From the human T2T-CHM13v2.0 reference genome, Homo sapiens: a stretch of 64,000 nucleotides of DNA. The notes below the pieces were generated by a model. The model was not told where the DNA came from and did no database searches. It saw only the letters and a program-made list of their open reading frames with translations. Positions 1-14,440 of this stretch are shown here, one piece after another. The number at the start of each line of letters is the position of its first letter. Position 1 is the first letter of the stretch. The stretch lies in NCBI RefSeq assembly GCF_009914755.1, contig NC_060930.1; one strand, given 5' to 3'. The translations under genes were made by a program, and so were the position numbers.

Positions 1-2792
1 TGTTATAATTTCTATTCTTTTACATTTGCTGAGGAGTGCTTTACTTCCAACTATGTGGTCAATTTTGGAATAAGTGTGATATGGTGCTGAGAAGAAGGTA
101 TTTTCTGTTGATTTGGGGTGGAGAGTTCTGTCGATGTCTATTAGGTCTGCCTGGTGCAGAGCTGAGTTCAAGTCCTGGATATCCTTGTTAACTTTCTGTC
201 TCGTTGATCTGTCTAATGTTGACAGTGGGGTGTTAAAGTCTCCCATTATTATTGTGTGGGAGTCTAAGTCTTTTTGTAGTTCTCTAAGGACTTGCTTTAT
301 GAATCTGGGTGCTCCTGTATTGGGTGCATATATATTTAGGATAGTTAGCTCTTCTTGTTGAATTGATTCCTTTACCATTACGTAATGGCCTTCTTTGTCT
401 CTTTTGATCTTTGTTGGTTTAAAGTCTGTTTTATCAGAGACTAGGATTGCAACCCCTGCTTTTTTTGTTTTCCATTTGCCTGGTAGATCTTCCTCCATTC
501 CTTTATTTTGAGCCTATGTGTGTCTCTGCACGTGAGATGGGTTTCCTGAATACAGCACACTGATGGGTCTTGACTCTTTATCCAATTTGCCAGTCTGTGT
601 CTTCTAATTGGGGCATTTAGCCCATTTACATTTAAGGTTAATATTGTTATGTGTGAATTTGACCCTATCGTTATGATGTTAGCTGGTTATTTTGCCCGTT
701 AGTTGATGCAGTTTCTTCCTAGCATCGATAGTCTTTACAATTTGGCATATTTTTGCAGTGGCTGGTACTGGTTGTTCCTTTCCATGTTAGTGCTTCCTTC
801 AGGAGCTCTTGTAAGGCAGGCCTGGTGGTGACAAAACCTCTCAGCATTTGCTTGTCTGTAAAGGCTCTTATTTCTCCTTCACTTATGAAGCTTAGTTTGG
901 CTGGTTATGAAATTCTGGGTTGAAAATTCTTTTCTTTAAGAATGTTGAATATTGGCCCCCACTTGCTTCTGGCTTGTAGAGTTTCTGCCAAGAGATCCAC
1001 TGTTAGTCTGATGGGCTTCCCTTTGTGGGTAACCTGACCTTTCTCTCTGGCTGCCCTTAACATTTTTTCCCTCATTTCAACCTTATTGAATCTGACAATT
1101 ATGTGTCTTTGGGTTGCTCTTCTTGAGGAGTATCTTTGTGGCGTTCTCTGTATTTCACGAATTTGAATGTTGGCCTGCCTTGCTAGGTTGGGGAAGTTCT
1201 CCTGGATAATATCCTGAAAAGTGTTTTCCAACTTGGTTCCATTCTCTCTGTCATTTTCAGGTACACCAATCAAATGTAGATTTGGTCTTTTCACATAGTC
1301 CCATATTTCTTGGAGGCTTTGTTCATTTCTTTTTACTCTTTTTTCTCTCAACTTCTCTGCTTGCTTCATTTCATTCATTTGATCTTCAATCACCGATACC
1401 CTTTCTTCCACTTGATCGAATTGGTTACTGAAGCTTGTGCATGCGTCATGTAGTTCTCATGCCATGGTTTTCAGCTCCATCAGGTCATTTAAGTTCTTCT
1501 CTATGCTGTTTATTTTAGCTAACTATTCATCTAATCTTTTTTCAAGGTTTTTAGCTTCCTTGCGATGGGTTCGAACATCCTCCTTTAGCTCAGAGAAGTT
1601 TGTTATTACCAATCTTCTGAAGTCTACTTCTGTCAACTTGTCAAAGTCATTCTCCATCCAGCTTTGTTCCATTGCTAGGGAGGAGTTGCGATCTTTTGGA
1701 GGAGAACAGGTGCTCTGATTTTTAGAATTTTTAGCTTTTCTGCTCTGGTTTCTCCCCATCTTTGTGGTTTTATCTACCTTTGGTCTTTGATGATGGTGAC
1801 CTACAGATGGGGTTTTGGTGTAGATGTCCCTTTTGTTGATGTTATTCCTTCTGTTTGTTAGTTTTCATTCTAACAGTCGGGACCCTCAGCTGCAGGTCTA
1901 TTGGAGTTTGCTGGAGGTCCACTCCAGACCCTGTTTGCCTGGGTAACACTAGCAGAGGCTTCAGAACAGCAAATATTGCAGAACAGCAAATGTTGCTGCC
2001 TGATCCTTCCTCTGGAAGTTTCGTCTCAGAGGGGCACCCGGCCGTATGAGGTGTCATTCGGTCCCTACTGGGAGGTGTCTCCCAGTTAGGCTACTCAGAG
2101 GTCAGCGACCCACTTGAGGAGGCACTCTGTCCGTTCTCAGATCTCAAACTCCATGCTGGCAGAACCACTGCTCTCTTCAAAGCTGTCAGACTGGGACATT
2201 TAAGTCTGCAGAAGTTTCTGCTGCCTTTTGTTCAGCTATGCCCTGCCCCCAGAGGTGGAGTCTACAGAGGCAGACAGGCCTTGTTGAGCTGCAGTGGGCT
2301 CCACCTAGTTTGAGCTTCCTGCCACTTTGTTTACCTAGTCAAGCCTCAGCAATGGCAGACGCCCCTCCCCCAGCCTCACTGTCACCTCCCAGTTCAATTT
2401 TGGACTGCTGTGCTAGCAGTGAGCAACGCTCCATGGGTGTGAGACCCACTGAGCCATGCATGGGATATAATCTCCTGGTGTGCCATTCACTACAACTGTT
2501 GGAAAAGCACAGTATTAGGGTGGGAGTGTCCCGATTTTCCAGGTACCATCTCTCATGGCTTCCCTTGGCTAGGAAAGGGAATTCTCTGAGCCCTTGTGCT
2601 TCCCTGGTGAGGCAATGCCTTGCCCTGCTTCAGCTCACATTCTGTGGGCAACACTCACTGTGTGACAAGTCCCAATGAGATGAACCCAGTACCTCAGTTG
2701 GAAATGCAGAAATCACCCGTCTTCTGCACTGCTCACGCTGGGAGCTGTAGACTGGAGCTGTTCCTATTTGGCTATCTTGGAATGATCTCCCC
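1..2792 (-). mobile_element. Primate L1 (L1PA, probably about L1PA6), 5' part: 5'UTR, disrupted ORF1 and start of ORF2 endonuclease; continues beyond window start
   Basis: Minus strand starts ...CCAAGATAGCCAAATAGGAACAGCTCC (L1 5' end). ORF1 fragments MGRNQSRKAKNSKNQS (1759-1523) and MEERVS...YVKRPNL...NFPNLARQANIQI (1411-905). ORF2 start codon reads ACG (669-671). The 5'UTR is about 1030 nt; the subfamily is inferred from that length. Confidence 0.93.
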
Positions 2793-2883
2793 TGGGATAA
2801 TTTTTCATGACCAAAAAGGATTCTGGTAATGTGCCAGGATCTTCTCACTGTTATGATTCTTCTGGTATAGGAGATCTGTGATT

Positions 2884-3180
2884 GGCCAGGCACAGTGGCT
2901 CAGACTTGTAATTCCATCAGTTTCGGAGGCCATGGTAGGAGGATTGTTTAAGGCCAGGAGTTTGAAACCAACTGGGGCAAAATAGTGAGACCCCATTCCT
3001 ACAAAACCTTTAAAAAATTAGTTGGGCATGCTGGTGTGTACCTGTAATGCTATTGCTCAGGAGGCTGAGGCAGGAGGATCACTTGAGCCCAGGAATTCAA
3101 GGTTACAATGAGCTATGATTGTGCCACTGCATTCTACCCTGGGCAACAGAGCAAGACCTTGTCTCTGAAATAAATAAATA
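2884..3180 (+). mobile_element. Alu (old, AluJ-like)
   Basis: GGCCAGGCACAGTGGCTC start, dimeric structure, A-rich tail, diverged. Confidence 0.9.
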
Positions 3181-4032
3181 TTATAAAAAGAGATAATGTG
3201 GTCAAAGACCAGGGTGTGATCTGTGGCCCAATAAAAATATCTGGTCTTTTTCCCTGTTTCCTGACAAGCAGGTTCCAAAACATTTGCAATCTCCTCAGTG
3301 ATAAGTATGACTTTAATATGCCAATGAGATGACTATGGGGTGAGGGGCTCCTAAATAGCTTCAGGATGGGGGCTGGTTGCCAGAAACACGAAGCTGTGAT
3401 TAGAGGATTGGAAATTTCAGCAGTATCCCTTACCTCTGAGAAGCAAAGGGGGCTGGAAGTTGAGTTCAGTCACCAGTGGCCATTGATTTAATTAATCTTG
3501 CCTACACAATGAAACTTCCATAGAAACCTCTAGAGATTGGGTTTTGGAGAGCTTCCCAATTGCTGAGCACATCCGTGTGTCCATGTGCTGGGAGGATGGT
3601 GAACCTCATCTCCATGGGGACAGAGGCTCCTGTGCTCAGAGCCCTCCCAGGCCACACCCTGTGCACCTCTTCATCTGGCTGCTCATTTGTACCCTTTATA
3701 ACTGCTATGGTTTGAATGTTTCCCTAGAAAAGCATCTCTTGGATAATTTATCCTGAATGCAACATTTTTAAGAGGTGGGACCTTTGAGAGGTGATTGGAC
3801 CATCAGAGCTCTGCCTCCATTAATGAATTAAGTTTGATCATAAAAGGACCTGAGGCTGTGAGTTTGACCTCTTATTCCCCCTACCTCTCACCCTCTCTTG
3901 CCCTTTTGCTTTCTACCAGGTACTGTCCTTGGTCTTGGAATTCCCATCCTCAACAACCATGAACCAAATAAATTTCTGTTCGTTTTAAGTTATCCAGTCT
4001 CAGGTGTTCTACTATAGTGGCATAATTTAAAC

Positions 4033-4388
4033 CAAGAGTCCGTAACCCCCGGCTGTGGACTGGTACAGGTTCCTGGCTTGGCAGGAACCAGACCACACAG
4101 CAGGAGGTCACTGGTGGGTGAGAGAGCATGAGCATGACCACCTGAGCTCTGCCTCCTGTCAGATCAGTGGCGGAATTAGATTCTCATAAGAGCATGAACC
4201 CTATTGTGAACTCTGCATGTGAGGGATCTAGGTTGCATGCTCCATATGAAACAGTAATGCCTGATCATCTGAGGTGGAACAGTTTCATCCTCAATCCATT
4301 CCCCTCTATTCCCTGCCACCTCTGCTGGTCCATGGAAAAATTGTCTTCCATGAAATTGGTCCCTGGTGCCAAAAAGTTGGGACCACTG
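4033..4388 (+). mobile_element. MER1-type hAT-Charlie non-autonomous DNA transposon
   Basis: Degenerate terminal inverted repeats (CAAGAGTCCGTAACC ... AGTTGGGACCACTG) and an 8-bp TSD ATTTAAAC (4025-4032) / ATTTAAGC (4389-4396). Confidence 0.8.
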
Positions 4389-4426
4389 ATTTAAGCTATA
4401 ACAATAATAAACTACAATACTGAGTG

Positions 4427-5014
4427 TGAAAGAAAAATAAAATTTAGGGACGCCAAATTCACTATACCAAAGGGACAAGTTAAGTTTGGTAACTGAGTGA
4501 TGGAAAAACCGCCTTTCTTTTGTTCCTAAACAAATAACTGCAAAGATAGAGGAACATATATCTCCCCAGGTGGCCTCCCTCACAAATTGCTCACCAGATA
4601 ATTCCTTGTGGGCCCCAACATCTTTACTCTAAAACAGAGTTTTGTTGAATTTCACCCTAACAATGTAAATTAACAGCTTATCTTCACAGGTGAAGGACAA
4701 AGACAAGACCAGAAATCATCCCTCCACTCACCTGGAGACAAATGTGTATTTGACTTCTCTACCCAACATTTACTTTGTCTTATGTAAAATGCAGATTTAC
4801 TGAGCACTCGATGAAAGCATAGTTGACTGTTCCTTTTTCCTCTCCTGCCTGCTCTTTCTCCTGTAAATATTAAAGTCCTCAAAACCCTCTTAGTAAAAAG
4901 CATGGGCCACAGATGCTACAATAATTTGTGTCTCTGTTTCCAAGGTACATCTTCAGCTTGGCAAAATAAACTTCTAAATTGATTGATACCTGTCTCAGAT
5001 GTTTTTTGGTTTAC
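4427..5014 (+). mobile_element. ERV1-class solo LTR (MER4-group-like)
   Basis: TGAAAGAAAATAAAATTTAGGGAC start, AATAAA near 4965, ...GGTTTACA end, about 590 bp. Confidence 0.7.
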
Positions 5015-5332
5015 ATGGTTATAGCAACTTCCTGAGTTCTTTGAGTTAGTTTAAGAATTCCCAAACCTTGGGAGGTGAGAAACCCCTGACTTTGCAGCCA
5101 TGATAGACAGAAGTGCAGGTAACCTGGAACCCGATAACTTGTGACTTGCATCTGAAGTGAGGACAGACTTGTGAGACTGAGTCCTTAAACCTGTGGAGTC
5201 TGAGGCTAACTCCAGGTAGTTAGTGTCAGAATTGAGTCAAATCCTAGGACTCCCAATTGCTGTTGGAGAATCAGAAAATTATTTGGCTGGAGGAAAACCC
5301 CATCACCATCCCACAGAGAGAAACTTACAGTA

Positions 5333-6367
5333 TATTGGGGGAACCCACCCCCAATATTTCAACATAGGTTCTTTCTATTTTCCATAAGTGTCGGCCAGCT
5401 GAGAAATAAAGAAAGACAGTACAAAGAGAGGAATTTTACAGCTGGGCCACCAGGGGTGACATCACATATCGGTAGGACCATGATGTCTGCCTGAGTCTCA
5501 GACCAACAAGTTTTTATTAAGGGTTTCAAAAGGGGAGGGGGTGTAAGAATAAGGAGTAGGTAAAAAGTCACATGCTTCTGAGTGCAAAAAGCAGAACTAC
5601 TAATAAGAGTCTAACAAAGATCACATGCTTCTGAGGGAACAAGACAAAGGGCAAAAGCAGAACCACTGATAAGGGTCTATGTTTAGCAGTGCACGTATTG
5701 TCTTGATAAACATCTTAAACAACAGAAAACAGGGTTTGAGAGCAGAGAAGTGGTCAGACCACAAGTTTACCAGGGCAGAGTTTTTCCCCACCCTAGTAAG
5801 CCTGAGGGTTCTGCAGGAGACCAGGGCGTATCTCAGTCCTTATCTCAACTGCATAAGACAGACATTCCCAGAGCGGCCGTTTATAGACCTCCCCCCAGGA
5901 ATGAATTCCTTCTTCAGTGTATTAATATTAATATTCCTTGCTAGGAAAAGAATTTAGTGATATCTTTCCTACTTGCACGTCTGTTTATAGGCTCTGCGCA
6001 AGAAGAAAAATATGGCTCTTTTTGCCCAACCTCGCAGGCAGTCAGACCTTATGGTTGTCTTCCCTGGTTCCATAAAAATTGCTGTTATTCTATTCTTTTT
6101 CAAGGTGCACTGATTTCATATTGTTCAAACACACGTTTTACAATCAAATTGTAGCACTATTATCACAGTGGTCCTAAGGTGACGTACATCCTCAGCTTAT
6201 GAAGATAACAGGATTAAGAGATTAAAGTAAAGACAGGCATAAGAAATTATAAAAGTATTATTTGGGAACTGTTAAATGTCCATATTAAAATGAAATCTTC
6301 ACAATTTATGTTCCTCTGCCGCAGCTCCAGCCAGTCCCTCATTCGGGGTCCTTGACTTCCCACAACA
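5333..6367 (-). mobile_element. MER11 (HERV-K11/HML-8) solo LTR
   Basis: Minus strand starts TGTTGTGGGAAGTCAAGGACCCCG and ends ...GGGTTCCCCCAATA. Perfect 6-bp TSD ACAGTA (5327-5332 and 6368-6373), typical of betaretroviral integration. Confidence 0.88.
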
Positions 6368-6995
6368 ACAGTAAGAGTAAGCAAGTAAACCTCTACCTTC
6401 TTCGGTCCCAGAGGAAAAGATAAAAAAAAATTAAGCATTTATTTCATGTCCCTAAGTCTGCTAAACACAGGTTTCTACCAGCTGTTCATTGTCCAGACAT
6501 GGAGTGGCCCTACCTCTAATCTAGAAGTTAGGATTTTTTAGGCCTTTGAGGGGGTCACATAAAAACTAATAAGTGTCAGAGATTCTCTCCCCAGAAATAT
6601 TTCCACACACAAGAAAATACAAATATTAATATAAAACATCAGTGTGCAACCAGATCCTCTGAGATCTTACAAAACCTGGGTGTTTTAATCCCAGTAAGAG
6701 ACAATGCCAAGGGAAGATGTGTGAATAATCATTTCACCATCACACCATGCCACTCCAATAATCTGGAGTATGAACTGGGATAGACAAAAACTTGATGTAA
6801 TAACTTATTTTCAAGGGAATGGGTGGAAAGATGTTATTTATTAGTCACCGGTTGATTCAGACACTCTGAATCCCTACCAGATACTAAATAAATTTCTTGT
6901 CTTGGAGCACTGCTCCAATAATTAAAATTTATCATTCTTTTCCCACCCTTCACACTCCAGCACTTGAACCCTCTTACTACGTCAGAATTCCATAC

Positions 6996-7625
6996 TGTCA
7001 ATGAAAAGAGGCAAACTTCATAAAATATTTGAAGAGATTTATTCTGAGCCAAATACGAGTGACCACAGCCCATGACACGTCCCTCAGGAGACCCTGAGAG
7101 CATGTGCTCAATGTGGTTGGGGTATGGGTTGGTTTTATACATTTTAGGAAGATATGAGACACTAATAATATATATTTAAGATATACATTGGTTCAGTCCA
7201 GAAAAGCAGAACAATTTGAAGCAAGCGAGGGTTGGGGGTTACTGCTTCTAGGTTATAGGTAGATTTTAAAATGTTCTGATTGGCAATTGGTTGAGTTATT
7301 ATCAATAAAAAGGAATGTCTGGGTTATGATAAGAGGTTGTGGAGTCCAAAATTTTATCATGCAGTTGAAGCCTCCAGGTGCCAGGCTTCAGAGAGAATAG
7401 ATTATAATGTTTCTGATCAGACTTAAGGTCTGTGTTGATGTTAATTGCTGGTCAGCTTTTCCTGAATTCCAAAAGGTAAGAGGCCATAATGAGGCATGTT
7501 CAACACCTGCTTCCCATGGTGGCCTGAGCCAGTCTTTCAAGTTAATTTTTGAGCGCCCTGGCTGAGGAGGGTGTCCATTAAGATGGTTGGGAGAGGGTGG
7601 GTTTGAAGTTTATTTTCGGTTTACA
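6996..7625 (-). mobile_element. MER4-family solo LTR
   Basis: Minus strand TGTAAACCGAAAATAAA ... TTTTCATTGACA termini; recognisable MER4-like body. Confidence 0.75.
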
Positions 7626-7749
7626 ACATGTAATGTGTTAAGAGGAGATAGAAACCACCCCCATCCCTAGAAGAGCACAACACTCCAGTCACCCCTGCAG
7701 TTGATAATGGACATGAGTCTTAAACTCCATCAGTCAGATGACCACCTGC

Positions 7750-8141
7750 TGAAGCAGCATTGTTGTCTCAGGTAAATACTCAGGGTTCATTGTATCTCAC
7801 CAAGAAGATTAAGGACAGTGACACACAAGGAGTGAGTTTATTGGCCGGTGCTATGTTGTCTGCTCTTTACTGAACACATGGCTGGCAAAAAGAAGGGAAG
7901 ATGGAGCCATCACTGTGAACACGCCTAGTCCCAGATGTCCTTTTCCTATTGGCACAGCTGCCAGCATTCACTTGTGCAAGCTTCCAGCTTGCTTGTCTAT
8001 GTCTGAAGCTTGATTTTACAGGCTGGTCTTTGTCAGAAAAGAAAACGATTTGGGGCCTGCTTTCCATTAAAAAGAAAACCTTACTGAGACTTCTGTACCC
8101 TCACTACCTGCCTAAATAATTTCTTCTTAAATCCTATATCA
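7750..8141 (-). mobile_element. ERV1 LTR (MER51-like)
   Basis: Minus strand TGATATAGGATTTAAGAAGAAATTATTTAGGCAG ... GCTGCTTCA termini. Confidence 0.6.
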
Positions 8142-9199
8142 CTGCCAGACTCTGAGCTAGAATGAGGTGACACAGAAAGGCTGGGATTGTGCAGAATGCA
8201 TTTTAGTAAACATGGCTGAGTGTCAGTAGTGATGTCCAGTTGCCAGGGGCAGCAGTGACATCTATCCTAGCCTTGGGGTCCAGTGTCCAGCACCAGGATG
8301 TCAGAGGTGTGAGCAGTGGTGTCTGTGCTCAGCAGCAGGGGCAGTTGTTCCTAGGAGGGACCTGATCCAGGGGCGTGGGCTATGGATTCTTTTCTGGGAT
8401 GTGTAGTTTTCAGCCTGGTTCTGTGGCCTTCCCCACAATAAAATTAACCCCCAATACCAGGTATACTACTTTATGTATAAATTACAGAAATTTGTTTTCC
8501 ATAGTTTTCTCCAAGAAGTGAGTGAGAAATGAATCTATGGACCAGGGTCAGAGAGCAGCATTCGGAGGTGTTCCTTGTGTGACAGCCACATCCTGAATTG
8601 TCTACCTGGCCTCTACCTCATGGTGGAGAGATCAACAGGGATTATCACATCTCTTAACTGATGATATACATCCTCCCTTTCCTTTCTGCAAGAAAAATCC
8701 TCTTTTAAACAGGGTTTGAAAACCCACCCACCCACCCTGGGCACTCTCTGATCTCTGAGGTTCCTGATCTGGCTGAGCAACAAGATTTCTGGTGGAGGCT
8801 TAGAAAATACTCAGGCCACTCCTCAGAACCCCTGTCTCACAATATTATGCACAAGACCAAGGAATCATTTACATAACAAGCCCTACAGGCGAGGCCGATG
8901 CAGACGTGGGGTCCTGGTGTTCTGGCTACTCCAAGTGTGATCTGGAGACCAGCAACGTGAGCTCCAGCCTTGTCATAAATCCAGAATCTCTTGCTCGACT
9001 CCAGACTTCCTGGATCTCAGCACCACATCCAGGTGATCCTGGTGCACACGGGAGTTCCTTGTCTAAGCGTCCTCTAGACATGGGGCCAGAACTGTGCAGT
9101 CTGCTCTGTGGTCTGATCAGATCCCTTAGAACTGGAGGTCCAGGGTTCAGTCCTTGCGCTGATTCTTTTCCACAGTCAATCACTCCCTTGGTGCTTCAT

Positions 9200-10240
9200 C
9201 CATGCTTGAGGTTTTAAGTATCGTTTATGTGGTGTGAGCTCCTAAATCTATTTCTCCAGCCCAGTCCTTTCCCCTGAACTGTGGAGTTGTCTGCCCAGCT
9301 GCCACCCCAGCTCCCCCACCTGCATTCCTAGTAGACATCTCCTCCACTGAGTGCCTGTGATGCCCCCTCCTCAGGATGCTCCTGCCAGAGTCTCCCCATC
9401 TCCACTGACAGCAGCTCCACCCTTCCTTCTACTCACTCATTTTACAACTATGGGTGTCCTTGATTCGTCTTTCTCACACCACAGATACAATCCATTGGCA
9501 AATGCTGTGAGTCCATCTTCAAATGCATCCAGAATCCCCTCACGTCCCACTATTTCCTGTGCTCACACCCCAGTCAAGGTAACCGACATCTCCAGCCTGG
9601 AATACTGCACTCGATTCCTACTGTTTTCCCTTCTGCCTCCCTCATCCCTCGCCTCTCAATTCTGTTCTCAGCACAGCCATCAGAGATCCTTTTAAGAAAG
9701 AAGTCATATCATGGCTCTCTTCTGCTCAAAACTGTCCTCTAACTCCCCATCCCACTCAGAGCGAGGTCAGACGCAACCCCACTCCCCTCAAGCCCACCTG
9801 CTCTGGCCATACCTCTGACCTCATCTAGTTTCTCTGTCCAGCCCTCCTGGCCTCCTTGCTCTTCTGGGAACACAGACACCTTCCTGCCCTAGTACATTTG
9901 GACTGGAGTTTCCTTGCCTAGAAAGAACTTCCCCAGACATCCTCATGTCCCTCAAATCTTTCCTCAAAGGTCATCTTTGCAACAAGGCACACATTGACAA
10001 CTCCTGTCCAACAGCCACCTTCCCTGTCCCCACTGCCCATACCCGGATCACCTGCCTCATGGCACTTACCACCTTCCATCACTTTCTTTTCTTACTGTGG
10101 TTATAGTGTATGTATCGTCTGCCTCTTACCACTGAAGCATATGCTCAGATATTTTTCTGATTTTACTTCAATGGTGTTCCCCAGATGCAGAACTTTTCTG
10201 TCCTGTGTCTGGCTGACAACAAAGGTCAGTTGAATGATCA
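9200..10240. mobile_element. Ancient L2/MIR-type repeat remnants downstream of HLA-C
   Basis: Pyrimidine-rich, degenerate L2-like tracts; boundaries approximate. Confidence 0.45.
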
Positions 10241-10934
10241 GTGTAGAGCACCTCCTACTCTAAAGCCAGTATCTTTATTAACATAGCCTCAGGCCAAGTG
10301 CTGTTTTGTGGCAGCTGCAGCACAAGGTCCCCTCACACTGACACCGAGGCCGCCTGTACTTTTCTCAGCAGGGCTGCTTGTGTGTCCTCCCTCCCCTATC
10401 CCTCCTCCCACACCAACCGCCCCGCACACTGCAGCACACGATCAGGTTTCTCTCTTCAGGAAGGAACAATTCTAGACTATGGACCCAATTTTACAAACAA
10501 ATATAAATCTAAATTAGGCTCTGCTTTAGATTCATGAGTTGGGATTGGAGTCAGCACGAAGATTACTGGAATCAGGGAAGGGAGAGAGGACAGGAGACCA
10601 AAGCAGAAGAGGAGCCCTAGAAGGAGGGCAGGAGCTGAATGGGTCTGAAAATTTGTCTCAGAAAGCACAGGGACTCCCGTGTGCAGGGGCTGCCCTGGGC
10701 GATGTGTGAGCCTCTGTGGTCACAGCTCCCGCTGGACAAGTTTCCACTGAAGGGACAAGGACAATGGAGCAGTGAAGGTGACCCAGCTGAGGACTGACCA
10801 CATAAAGCCCATGAAGAACTGAACAGCAACTAGGCACAGGCCCCGTCCACACTCGTCTCCTCACAGCCTTCCCCACCCCCACCTGCAACAGACTCAGCAC
10901 AGCGAACATGCGGATTCTGGAAGGTTCTCAGGTC

Positions 10935-10940
10935 TTTATT
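10935..10940 (-). terminator. HLA-C: HLA-C polyadenylation signal AATAAA
   Basis: TTTATT on plus strand about 400 nt past the stop codon. Confidence 0.85.
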
Positions 10941-11060
10941 TGCTCTCTCAACTTCCAGGAATTGACTTATTTAATTAATCCATCAACCTCTCATAGCAAA
11001 TATTTGAGAAAACAAATTTATATTCAGATTCTTATTTTCAGTAGGGAAGTAAGAAGTTGC

Positions 11061-11085
11061 AGCTCAGTACACGTAAAGTTGAGAC
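11061..11085 (-). promoter_or_regulatory. HLA-C: HLA-C 3'UTR miR-148a target region, disrupted (escape, 263del-type) form
   Basis: mRNA sense reads TCTCAACTTTACGTGTACTGAGCT, i.e. TGTACTGA instead of the seed match TGCACTGA. Confidence 0.85.
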
Positions 11086-11332
11086 AGAGATGGAGACATC
11101 CAGCCCACTTCTCTGGAACAGGAAAGATGATCGGGGAGGGAACACAGGTCAGTGTGGGGACAGGGGTCACGGTGGACACGGGGGTGGGCTGTCTCTCCAC
11201 CTCCTCACATTATGCTAACAGGAACGCAGACACATTCAGATGCCTTTGCAGAAAGAGATGCCAGAGGCTCTTGAAGTCACAAAGGAGAGGTGTGAAGAAA
11301 TCCTGCATCTCAGTCCCACACAGGCAGCTGTC

Positions 11333-14227
<2,895 letters not shown>

Positions 14228-14272
14228 CTCGGCGTCTGGGGAGAATCCGAGTCCGGGTGGGTGACTGGGGAC

Positions 14273-14440
14273 TTTAGAACCGGGACTGCGGAGACGCTGA
14301 TTGGCTTCTCTAGAACCCGACACCCAATGGGAGTGGGAATTGGGGACGCGTCATGAGTATTCAGGAAGAAGGACCCGACGCAGGTTGGGAGAAGAAGTGA
14401 AACTCAGGGGAGTGGAGAATCCTCAACGCGGCGCCTCCCC
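14273..14440 (-). promoter_or_regulatory. HLA-C: HLA-C proximal promoter: TCTAAA TATA variant (14273-14278), CCAAT (14300-14304), Y box (14324-14328), X2/site alpha TGACGC (14348-14353), ISRE AGTTTCACTTCT (14393-14404), degenerate enhancer A kB1 GAGGATTCTCC (14414-14424)
   Basis: Motifs read directly, in the canonical class I order and spacing. Confidence 0.92.

Larger units (their letters stand above)
3197..5275 (+). mobile_element. Old LTR (MER21-like) split by nested insertions (MaLR LTR fragment about 3702-4030, MER1-type transposon, ERV1 solo LTR)
   Basis: MER21-like sequence recognised at 3197-3700 and resuming at about 5015-5275. A TGCTATGGTTTGAATG MaLR-type start lies at about 3702. 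Family names are from recall. Confidence 0.55.
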
